This document shows, piece by piece, positions 1-10,319 of a stretch of 64,000 nucleotides of DNA (position 1 is its first letter; every line of letters starts with the position of its first letter). The translations under genes were made by a program, and so were the position numbers. The stretch is from contig CM060733.1 in assembly GCA_030704615.1 (NCBI GenBank), positions 68,820,001-68,884,000 of the forward strand. Direction: 5' to 3'. The notes under the pieces are model-generated. The model saw only the letters and a program-made list of their open reading frames with translations, did no database searches and was not told where the DNA came from. Source of the stretch: Takakia lepidozioides (Eukaryota > Plantae > Bryophyta).

Positions 1-197
1 GCTGATCCCGCCCTTGGTGCCGACTTTCTGGTGGAGGTGGGGAAGCACTACTCCCGCGATGACATTGGAGAAGCTCCATCGTCTAGCCACATCCTGTGTG
101 GATGGTGCAGAAAAGGTGATACATTCTTAACCAAATTGTGGTGGCAACAACTCGTTTTTGTGGTGTTTGGCGCTTACGAATATGCTGGGTGGTTGGA
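1..197 (+). pseudogene. Fragment of a family-B Mutator ParB-MTase gene (middle region), truncated by the Penelope-like element
   Basis: Closely matches 46683-46896 and is homologous to the ADPALG..E..KHYSR segment at 7800-8099. The match ends at GGTTGG (197), and the RT-element sequence starts at about 200. Confidence 0.8.
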
Positions 198-199
198 CG

Positions 200-1232
200 A
201 AATCCTTACCCATAAGCCGGTGATAAGCTTGGGTTCGGATGTGCTTCACACAAAGAAAACATACGTTGTTGTTAGCCTTATCAAGACGAGACATGTACAA
301 GTGTTTAAGAAGCCAATCCAGTTCCTCCCGAGCTTCTTTTTTGACAAGTGGGTTACCCTCATGATGAGAGTAATTGCACCGTGTCAAACTGGCTTTTTTC
401 TTCAGCCTGTCCCAACATGTAACCTTCAACCATTGACAACATTCTACTATCCAGGGTTCTGAATTGTTCACATGAAGAATGTCACATGTTTTAGAGAAGG
501 CAGAAGCTATCTCTATAACAACATCCTTTATTAAGGTTTTTTTCAGTGGAATGTGGTTCATACCTAGGCTGAAGAGTTCTCTCAGCTTGGGATGTCTTAT
601 AATGTTCAGATCCATAGTTCTGACATGTTGTATGGGGGCAGAATCAGTCATTTAAATCTCAGCCAAAGTATCCACATCACAAAAAGCCTTGAACCTCTTG
701 GCTGTATTGCAGAGGCAAGGGGGAGATTCAATCAGATCAGGTAGGAAGTTAAAGTCACGAAAAATAGATGCAGGCAGATAGTACTCTGTACTACTCTGCT
801 TATGGTATGTCCATCCAAACATCACTTCCTCAATTAACATAGCCAGGTCAGTCTGTCCGAAATTCAAGAATGCTTCTTTTATCATACCCTTAGGACTTAT
901 CCATTCCATAGCCCGGTTAGGGTACACCATGTGTACAAAACCAATTGGGGCTGGTTTTGATGCATGGGTGATGAAGTTCCGGCCATGGGCATGTATCTCA
1001 ATTCTTCTGATTCCATCTTCTTGAAAAAACATTTCATCTGCCCAACCAAAGTAGAGTTGCATACCATGAGAGAGGCGGTTACAGGTCCATCCACGAGTTG
1101 AAGTCTCTCTTGTGGATTGGGGAGAACTCCCCGTTGCCTTGCCTATTTCGAAAAGGCTCTTGGCTGGCGATATTGATAGTAGTGCTGGAACTGGAACCTG
1201 AACCTCCAAAAGGAGTTCTGGTCATTGTCTTC
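200..1232 (-). mobile_element. Penelope-like retroelement copy 1, left part (N-terminal half of the RT ORF, 3'-truncated)
   Basis: Near-identical to 35951-36615 plus 37643-38010. Encodes PPCLC..HVRTMDLNII..LRELFSLG and DKANNNVCFLC. Has a premature TAA at 652 where copy 2 has Gln. Confidence 0.8.
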
Positions 1233-1686
1233 GGGGGCTGCTATTTCATGAGCCATGAGCCATGAGCCATGAGCAGAGTCGTAAGTGTCGAAAAAAACAT
1301 GAGCAGGACTATTTTCCGGAAATGAGTGTCCGCGGGAATAGGGTTTAGGGTGTCACGGTCATAGGGGGAGAAGGACCTCCCGATGAAGGAGGTTCGGCGA
1401 TGTTTTTTAGAATTACATATTGAAATGCAATGTTTCGCGAATGGTAGGGTGGTACTGATCTGTACAATGGGGGCCCATTTCAGCCTACCAGCCACTTGCA
1501 ATATCCACCCACACTCCCAATCCCAAACGAAATGAGAAATGACGCATTTTTGGAACGATGGATACAGAATAGAACAAAAAGAGGGCACAATGGGGTTTTT
1601 ATTGATCCACATGAATTGCATTTGAAGCACGTCTACTGTGCTGATTGTGCAAACAAATCTTTAGCCCTGTGCCTTCTGAATACAAG

Positions 1687-2250
1687 TCACGTTGTCAATG
1701 GGACTTCGACTGCTCTGAGAACTAGCTCATGAGTCTTCGGGCTCCTCCAGGTAAACTGGATTGCAGCCGTTGTACCGCCCCTGTTGATGTTCACCACAAT
1801 GTCCTGCCCTTCAATCATACCACCATCGAATATGGAAAGCTTCACGTTTTCGCCGTCCACACCAATGCGAATGTCCCCATACAATGGAGAAGATGAGCGC
1901 ACTCCTTCAGGAGTATAAGTCTCTCCGATGGAGTCCACCCACGTCCACTGGCAGCAGTTCCACCGCAACAGCATAGCAGTGCGCATTCTTCTGCATGGGT
2001 GCCCGTCGTAGCTGGGAAAATCGGAATCAAGGATGCGCAGGAGCCACGGACTCCTCAGACCAAGATCGTCACCCCGCTCGAAGGCGTACTGGCCTGGGAG
2101 ATACTCAAAAGCGGACAATGTTTCCACATTCGAACCAGTATCTTCTGTGTAATCTGTGTACCAGATAACGATGTCTCCCGATGTGGCCGAATACATTGCA
2201 TAATCGATGCCTCCATAAGGGCAGTCGTCCCGGTTCCGGAAGCACGACAT
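1687..2250 (-). CDS. MULE-A cargo protein of unknown function, paralog 1 (about 187 aa)
   Basis: Intact ORF from MSCFRN. Aligns along its length with 2807-3385 (DCPY.G.DYAM, LRWNCCQWT, YGDIR, DGGMI.G.DIVV, ELVLRA.EVP). Confidence 0.7.
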   Translation of the reverse strand: MSCFRNRDDCPYGGIDYAMYSATSGDIVIWYTDYTEDTGSNVETLSAFEYLPGQYAFERGDDLGLRSPWLLRILDSDFPSYDGHPCRRMRTAMLLRWNCCQWTWVDSIGETYTPEGVRSSSPLYGDIRIGVDGENVKLSIFDGGMIEGQDIVVNINRGGTTAAIQFTWRSPKTHELVLRAVEVPLTT

Positions 2251-2806
2251 CCTTGCAAAGGAGGACCTGAGGACGTCTTTGATGCCGATGACAATCACCT
2301 TGCGGACAGCAACAAAGCCCTTAGATTTTCGAAATGATGAGAAGCGGAAGAGCAGTGCGGGCTCCAATAATGGACCATCTGGGTCACAAGTACCCACCAA
2401 TCATCGTGTAACGTGTTCAACAAGCCAGCGGTGGATGAACCGATACCTCTTTCTCATCCACGGGGTATAGTTTGAAATCTGCCACCGAAGTCCATCCCCC
2501 GGATGGAAATTCGGCGCCGCATTTACATTGAAGGGGGGATGGACTTCGTCGTCTCGAGTGGCTATAGGCCCACCTGGCACTTACTGCCCATAGTTTGCAT
2601 GGCAGGGAAGGAAACTGAAACGGCTACATTCATGGATGAGCCAATCTTCATCCATGCAGGTTCCTGTCGGGGGGAAATTTAAATGTGCCCTGGAGTGTTT
2701 GTGAGGAATTGCAGCGTTTGCTTGAATTTCTTCCAGCCACCGCGCTGCTACCTCCTCCATCCGGGAGCTGCTGTCATTGAGCGTACTGCGCTACTCTTTT
2801 TCAGGG

Positions 2807-3385
2807 ATGTCGTGCCGCCGAAATCCTGCTGACTGCCCTTATCATGGCCACGATTATGCTATGTTCAAACCAGAATCAGGAGACATCATTGTCTGGCTTT
2901 CACTTTTCACAGACGCATCTGGAATCAAGCGGGAGTCTTTGCGCGCAATGGAGTATCTGGAGGGCTATTACCGCTTTGAGCGAGGTGAGGGCGAGGGTCA
3001 ATGCGGTCCGTGGGTCCTGAAAATTGTTGACCTCGATATACCAAGGTGGAATGGGATGCCGGACAGATCACGCACGGCCTCACTTTGGCGCTGGAACTGC
3101 TGCCAGTGGACCAGGGAGGACGGCACCGGGGAAAACTATATTCGTGGAGTTCACTCCGCTTTTCCAGTGTATGGAGACATTCGGCTGAGTTGCGAAGACG
3201 AATCGCACGGGCACAGGAGGCCCACAGTGACCTTGTCGATGTATGATGGTGGTATGATTGATGGGCATGACATTGTCGTCAGCTCCACCAAGGGCACCAG
3301 ATCGACCGCATTGCAGTTTACCTCGAGATGCCGCATCAGTAATGAGCTTGTTTTGAGGGCTATCGAAGTTCCGTCGACTTGGTGA
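2807..3385 (+). CDS. MULE-A cargo protein of unknown function, paralog 2 (about 192 aa)
   Basis: Intact ORF from MSCRRN, divergently oriented paralog of 1687-2250. A TTTTTCAG acceptor-like site lies just upstream. Confidence 0.7.
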   Translation: MSCRRNPADCPYHGHDYAMFKPESGDIIVWLSLFTDASGIKRESLRAMEYLEGYYRFERGEGEGQCGPWVLKIVDLDIPRWNGMPDRSRTASLWRWNCCQWTREDGTGENYIRGVHSAFPVYGDIRLSCEDESHGHRRPTVTLSMYDGGMIDGHDIVVSSTKGTRSTALQFTSRCRISNELVLRAIEVPSTW

Positions 3386-3659
3386 CACCCATGTAGAAGG
3401 AGGAAGGGCTTAGATTTGTCTGGAGTTGCTAAATGTGAGACACCGTGTTCGATCAATAAAACAACCCATCGTACCTCACTTCTGTGTGCTTGTGTTTCAT
3501 CGTGTTCAAGAACTGCCGTAATTGGCCCACTGTTTACAATTTGAGGTCTCATTTCTACAATGTGTCTGTCCATATGAATATACCAGAGTCAGCGATATCA
3601 CAGTCCTGAGGTGAAGAAAATCCATGTATGAGTTGTAGGAAACATGTACACGCCGAAGC

Positions 3660-4700
3660 TCGGAAATTCGGCACCGCATTCCATTTTCTCCATGAAGCGA
3701 TTTCTGGCAGCTCCCTTTCCTCCGTTGTCGTCGTAACGGAAATGCTGTACAACATTTCATTTCCTGACATGGCATTACCATACTTCGAATTGAAATGCGG
3801 CGCCGCATTTCCATATTCGACCTTGAACTATCCAAGCATGTCCAGTCGCTAATGCTTGTCCATGTCCATACTTGAAATGCGGCACCGCATTTCCATGTCC
3901 GTCATCGAAATTTCGTACCGGACAATGAAATGCGGCACAGCATTTCCGGAGAGCACAATGGAATGCGGTGCCGCATTTCCGTCGAAGGGTCTGGAATTGG
4001 ACAAACAACGATGGAAGTTCTGGAAATGCGGCACCGCATTTCCATGTCTGTCATCAAAATATCGAATCGGACAATGGAATGCGGTGCCGCATTTCCGTCC
4101 ATCAAGACGGAATGCCCACACGGGTCTGGAATTGGACAAACAACGATGTCTGTTTTGGAAATGCGGCGCCGCATTTCCCATGTTGGGCAATTGAAAGTTT
4201 TTATAGGACAATGTAAGTTTTTATAGGACGATGGAATGCGGTGCCGCATTTCCATCAAAGGGTCTGGAATTGGGCAAACAACGATGTCCCTTTTGGAAAT
4301 GCGGCGCCACATTTCCATGTACGTCATCGAAATTTCTTATTGGACAATGGAATGCGGTGCCGCATTCCCGTCTAGCATCATGGAATGGGGAGCCCAAGAA
4401 CGTCGATGGGTCTGCAGTTGGAAAAATGTCCATCTCCAAAAGGTAAATGCGGCACCGCATTTCCATGTTCGACCTCCGCATTTCGATTTACATCCATGGA
4501 AGGAGCTGGCAATCGACAAAACTGCCGTGTCGGAAACGTGCCGCATTTCCGTTTGTCCGAACAGTTTCTGATGTCCAAACCATGAAACGGAAATTTGTTC
4601 TTGCCCCGGTTTTGGAAATGCGGTGCCGCATTTCCAAAGGAGGTTTTTGCAGTTGCCACATTTCCGTTCAGACATTGAAATGCGGTGCCGCATTTCAGAT
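3660..4700. repeat. Array of about 15 family-A palindromes GGAAATGCGGYRCCGCATTTCC
   Basis: Copies near 3793, 3875, 3928, 3961, 4023, 4076, 4158, 4233, 4296, 4350, 4445, 4615 and 4678, plus variants, embedded in degenerate tandem units. Confidence 0.9.
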
Positions 4701-4833
4701 TTTGGGAGGGACCAGGTTTGGACGATGTTGTCGTTTAGAAGCACATGGGAGAGGGGACATGAAGGACGGGGAGAATTCCCTTTATATACTCTGGAATTGA
4801 ATTTAAATGTACAGAGAGTTCATTAAAATTGTA

Positions 4834-7800
4834 TTAATCTTGAAAATCATCACTACTGTCGTCCTGTCCTTGACTGTCCTGCTCCGCCTCCACCCCGTCA
4901 TTGCCTTTCTCATCTCCAGCGGACTGGTCGTTGGCCAGGCTTTCGAAAATCCCATCTTCACCTTGCGGAACCGACCATCTCACCTCCGTTGGCTCGTCGT
5001 CCTCCCTGTCTGCATCGCTCTCATCCGCTGAATCACATATGAACTTTCGCACCCGTCTACCTGCCTCAGCTGTTGCCAACTCTTTCCTTATCCTTCTGTC
5101 CTCCCTAGCCCTCTCCAAAATCTGCTCTACTTTACTGGGATTCTCACATCGTCTAATCGCTGTATTTGCGAGTTTAGCTGCATAACTAGGAAGGGAGTAG
5201 TCCTTCACCGGGCTCGTCATGAAGTCGGCCCTCGCAAAGAACGGGACATTCTTCCTGGCAGGAAGTGTAGGCCTTACATGTTTCGACCCGGATCCTCCAA
5301 TCCTGCATATAACAATCACCAACGAGACCAATGAGAACCACAGTCCGGATATGCGTTTGACAAAAAATCACACAGAAGGCTTTGCAAACTTACAATGTTT
5401 GCACTCACTCGTATTCCGGGTTCTCCTCGGCATCAATGTCCACTGTCTCTTCCTCCGACTCCGACGAATCCGAGGAGTCTTTGACTTCGATGGGAGCCTT
5501 CACATTCCGTTGCAGCCCTTCCAGATGGGATCCCCAGACGCCTGTGTCCTCCTCGTAGGCAAAGAGGTGCCGGTCGGAAAACCGCCCAGCCCACATTGAG
5601 GCACCTGTTACAATGCCATCCACACATTATGACATGGCCCTTCAGATGTTGCGAATGAAAGCATAACGAGAGTTTGCAGAAAAGCATACAACAAGATTCT
5701 GCATACCTGTCCCACAGATGAGGTCGAGCACTGTGCCCTCCACGTCAGTGCATGTCTCCATAATTGTCTGAATGAAGGCAGGGCTCCGAGTGCGTGAATA
5801 CCGCAGGGGTTCAGTTGAAGTGAGGCTATGAGGGAGAAGTTCCGTGGGAACGTTGTTGAACAGGACGTCGTAATCGATGGGGTCGCAGTTCGGGTCAACC
5901 AACAATCCCTCCTTCCGGAAAGCAAAGGTGGAGTTCTCCTTCACAAAGCAGTATGCATCGAACTGCTTCGTCTGCATACACAGTGGGGAACGATTAGAAA
6001 TCGAATGCGGCACCGCATTTCAAGACTCCTAAGAAAATGAAAGGACGAGTGCCAAGGTCGTAATTACCTTCTTCCCTTCCGACCGAAGGCCCAATGTGTT
6101 GATGCACGTCCACTTCTTCTTCAGAATTGGGACGGCGCTCTTGCGGGTCCACTTCGCAATTCCTGTCTGCGTGTTTTTGCCTCTGCTCGCCAGGACAACC
6201 ACACAGCCTCTGTCGTCCAACACCATGCGGGCGAGCCCGAATCCTTTCTTCCAAAAGTCCTCGGAGTACCTGTTCCAAGATGGCAAAGCTTGCAGTCCTT
6301 CCACAGGCTCTCCGTCTGGAATATCCAAGATGATCATATCGCAAGACCAATCGGTGGCATTTCCGCCCCTCCTGCAATCCTTGTCTGCACACACCCTCTC
6401 AAAGAACGAGACCATCTTCAGAAACCCGGGGGTGTCGGAAGGCTCTTCGGCAGCCGCCTTCTTCAGTGCTCTGCCCTTCAGACCCTCCATGGTCTTCATG
6501 TATGCCAACTTGGCTGCCCGTCCATCCAAAGCCGCCAAGAAACTCTCATTCACACACTGGACTACTGTATCGGGATCCACTTTCGGCCTCTTCATTTCCA
6601 CCGGCTCGAAAGGGTGCCCCCCCGGGGGGTTGAAGAGTGCCTTCTTTGCCGAGCCAGTTCTCGTCCCTCTCGTGACAACGGTGGGCACAGGGGATTTCGG
6701 CTGCGTCTCGGGGGGTGGGCTGGTTGCAAAGTCTCCATCGGAGTCCTCTTCCTCACCCTCTACCTGCACTATCTGTTTCTGCTTCTTGTTTTCTTGGGTG
6801 TCACAACTGCTGCTCCTTGCTGGCGAGTCCGCTTCTTCGACCCCTTCTGTTGAGCCTGCACAGCTGCATCCACCGTCTTCTGTGCCATCTCAGCTGCCTT
6901 TCTGGATTGTTCCAGAGCAGCAGCTTCCTTTGCCGACTCTGGCCGAGCAGGGACACGTCTTTCCTTTCTCTTCTCTTCTGCTTTCGCGTGCAGATCTTTC
7001 TCAGACTCGTCAACAATTCCGCCAGACATGTCCAGGTACCACGGGCATCCAACCAGATGCGCGGCATGCCATTGTTTCTGCATCTCGGGTGTGTAGACAC
7101 AGCTTGGGCCCGCCACGGTCCAAGCCATGAAGAACGGGGGCTCTTGAGCCAGGGCCCCTGTCTGAAGAAGCACGTATTTCATATACCTGCAGGGCAGTCA
7201 GCATGCGTGAGCAAAAGTTGAGACCAACGTACTCGCAGAGTGCAACCTAAACATAAAATGCGAATGCGGTGCCGCATTTCCCAGACAAACCTCATTACCA
7301 GGCTTTGCATACAAGGACAGCTGGGCTTCACCTGTAAACAATTCGCATTGCAGCTTTTCCCGCTCCCTCCTGATGTGTAAACTCCACGCTCCTTCTTGCT
7401 GTCTGTAGCTCCCTGGCGAAGAGGTTGTCCTTGTAAGCACATCTGAAACGTGTCACGTAGTCTTCCAATGTCTGTGTTCCATCCCATTTGACGTACAAGC
7501 CGAACGAATTTGTATGCATTACGACTTGCTCCTTCGCATTCGTCATTACCTGCGATTCCCACATGCATTGTCACGTAGCAGTTCAGGGAATTCATTTCAG
7601 AAAAGCAACTCTGGGAAGTACCTTGAATTACCTGGAACCACCAAGTCATGCGGTTGAGCCACACATCCACTGCAGGGTCGGAAACTTCGAGTGGAAAAGA
7701 CCACATTGTCCTTATACTCTCCGATGCATTCCAGATCGACAGCCACCGTGTCTGCCATTTCCGATCCAATGTCAGGAGCAGGAAGAAGAGTGGCTATTGC

Positions 7801-9721
7801 TAGGAAGGAACTTCAGTGAATTGAAACATCACCTTCTCTTTCGCTTCAACACATGCCGTTGAGAGGTGATGCAGTTTCTCCAACTGCATGGTCGGCTGCA
7901 TGGCCCGAGAATAGTGTTTTGCAATCTCGGGGATGAAGTCCTTTCCAAGTGCCGGATCTGCAATGGCCACCAGCTTCACAAGCTTTGACTTGTATTTCGT
8001 TCTGGACTTGACCCCGGCTTCCTTCAAGTGCTCAGTCAATGACTGCAACGTTTTGACCTGCCCCTCACTTTCCATGAAGAAGCGTTTGGCATGGGCCAAA
8101 TCCAGCTTGATGTTTGACTGCCAACAAAAACATGCAGAAGCGTTACATTCGATTCATGTGGAAAGATTACCGGAAATTGGGGAAGGATGAGCAGAGGGAA
8201 ATGGGAGGACGACTTACTTCGTATATCACCTCCACCATTCCATCCATAGTGAGACGATACCATGTCCGGTCAGTTTTTGCCACGGCTTTCTGAATGAGCT
8301 CGGGCTCCAGCATTTCCGCAAACATGTGCGGATCAGTGAGACCAGTTTTCCTCACCCTGTACAGCATATGTGCCATGTGGGTATGCACGTACGCATTTTC
8401 AGTGACCCTGCAAGGCACACTCTCCAGTTCAGTCCACGAAAGCACGGAAACAAAACAGATTGGAAACCGAAATGCGGCACCGCATTTCGAACGTGCTTGG
8501 GAGGGTATGAGTATCTTACGAGTTGAGGTCCGCCATGGCATTCTTGAGCAGGGAGGAGTCTGCCGCCTTCACCTTGAGGATGACACACTCCACCATGTAA
8601 TGCCAGCCAATGTGCTTGGCATGGTTCTGCTTGATGTACTCCCACCAGGCGAGAAGTCGGTGATTCCCGTCCCACACAAAGAACATTTTACCCGACATAT
8701 GGCCGAAGTCGGGATCACCCTTCAGGTTGCCTCGAATTCGTCGTTGCGAGTGTGCCAGTGGGTATCCCATGTTGACAATTCCTCCGCAGTGGGTCCACGA
8801 GATTCGCCGTCCTCATTCTCAAGGGAAACGTAGAAGGCTGGCGAACCTAGACGGTACCCTTCTCGAAATGCGAACTTGAGCTTATCCACATCTCCGGGAA
8901 GTGCCTGCCTGACGATGGGAAGGGAGACCATGCGACAGAGTGGGATTCGAAGAGTCCGCTGGAATACCTGCTGCCCAGAACTCTGCCAATGCTACTATGT
9001 GTCTCCTCCAACATTGTATCCGCTGCACTTTGGAATTCCTCCGGAGACATTTCTGCTGGTGGCGGCAGGGGCTGAGCAGCTTGAGCATCCCCAACTGGAG
9101 CTGCACTCTGGGGAATCTTTGCGGACAATTGTGCAATTGCAGAGGCCTCCTCCGGGCCTTCAGTGGTCAGGTCTTGCTGAGAACGTTGAGAGGCAGCACC
9201 CTCCTCCGGTACCAGATGACGGTCGATCCCATTGGCTTCGCTGCAGCAGGTTGGAAATCAAGCAGGAACTGGGCTTCAGCTCGTGGAATCGGTTTTGCGG
9301 GAGACTGCTCCGCCCTCCCCCTGATTGCCTTGTGCTTCCTCATTCTTGCAGGTGAAGGTGTCTGCTGCAATTGAATCTGCTTCATTCGCCTGGGTGGGGG
9401 GGAAACGGCCTGGTCCGGTTCAGAAACAAGTTGAAGGACGGGCTGCTTCTTCTTCGTCTTTGCTAGAGAAGGGCTAGACCCCTGCTGGCGATTCTCCATG
9501 ACCTTTGAAGGCGAGTCGCTCTCTGGGGCTTTGAACTGCAAAGACTTGGCCTTGGAAGCCGCGTCCTTGAAACGCACAGGGCTAGGACCGGCAGGAAGAC
9601 CCGTGCTCGTGGATCGGCTGGGTGTGCGTGCTGCAGCTAGCTCCACGGACTCTGCCTGCGGCTCTTTGGATTCCTGCGATCCCTCCAGCACGTCCACCTT
9701 TCCGGTTAGGCATGCAAACAT
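4834..9721 (-). pseudogene. Multi-exon ParB/Srx-like plus beta-class N4/N6 DNA methyltransferase-like fusion gene of MULE-A (roughly 1400 aa, several frameshifts)
   Basis: VWDGNHRLLAW at 8657-8671. Motif IV-like CDMIILDIPDG (DIPD at 6314-6325). Motif X/I-like RSPAFIQTIMETCTDVEGTVLDLICGTGASMWAGRFSDRHLFAYEED. Frame-preserving GT-AG introns at 8408-8519, 8118-8217, 7187-7331, 5972-6067, 5605-5706 and 5303-5408. Homologs at 44705-48838 and 56879-57589. Start codon uncertain. Confidence 0.8.
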
Positions 9722-10319
9722 CTTCTGCAGTCAAGTCTCCTAGCATACAGTCTAAGAATTGCAGAAGAAAATAGAGGCGGGTTTCGGTGCTCGATCAGCT
9801 GGCGAATCCCGATAGCACGGAGCTCTCACTGGTGGCTGGGTTGCCTGCGTGGCCTGATGCTGCGAGATGGCAATCTTCTCCTGTAGACGCATCTGCTTCC
9901 TCCCCTTTGGCATTGGCCTATGTCCGAAGTACAATTTTGGAGCTTGCGACGATGTCTCTTCTCTGGTGCACGCACTCCCTCCCTCTCAGGTTCGAGCATA
10001 AGAAAAAAAGAGACAGGGAAAAGGGGCGAAGAGTGCAGATGGAAAGGGCGCGAGAGGGGTGACTGAGGAGACACGACAAAAGAAGATGAAACGACGGTGA
10101 TAAGGACTTGGGTTCGAAAGGGTTGGAGGAAAGTGTCTCCTCGTGGACTTTGCGTCATTACGAAATTCGAATCGTTCAGGATACGCCTGCCGTCCGAAAA
10201 ACAAACATCATTATCCAACGGTCAGGCCGCGCCGCCTCATGCCACTTCAGTCAGATAGAGTGCAGACATGTGCCGCAATTCCGTTGCTCCACGTGTTCAA
10301 ATTTGGAGTTGGAGTGAGA

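Noticed and set aside
3628-4826. Many overlapping ORFs (KCGTAF/MRHRIS/NAAPHF) here and at 10251-11934 and 41971-43528
   Set aside because: They are translations of the palindromic repeat in all six frames.
6096-7130. Long antisense ORFs (also 44773-46059 and 56527-57576)
   Set aside because: They are shadows of the GC-rich ParB-MTase exons on the opposite strand.
4834-9721. Bacterial contamination or prophage as the source of the ParB-MTase
   Set aside because: The gene has six GT-AG introns, several at matching positions in family B, and lies within a TSD-bounded eukaryotic transposon.
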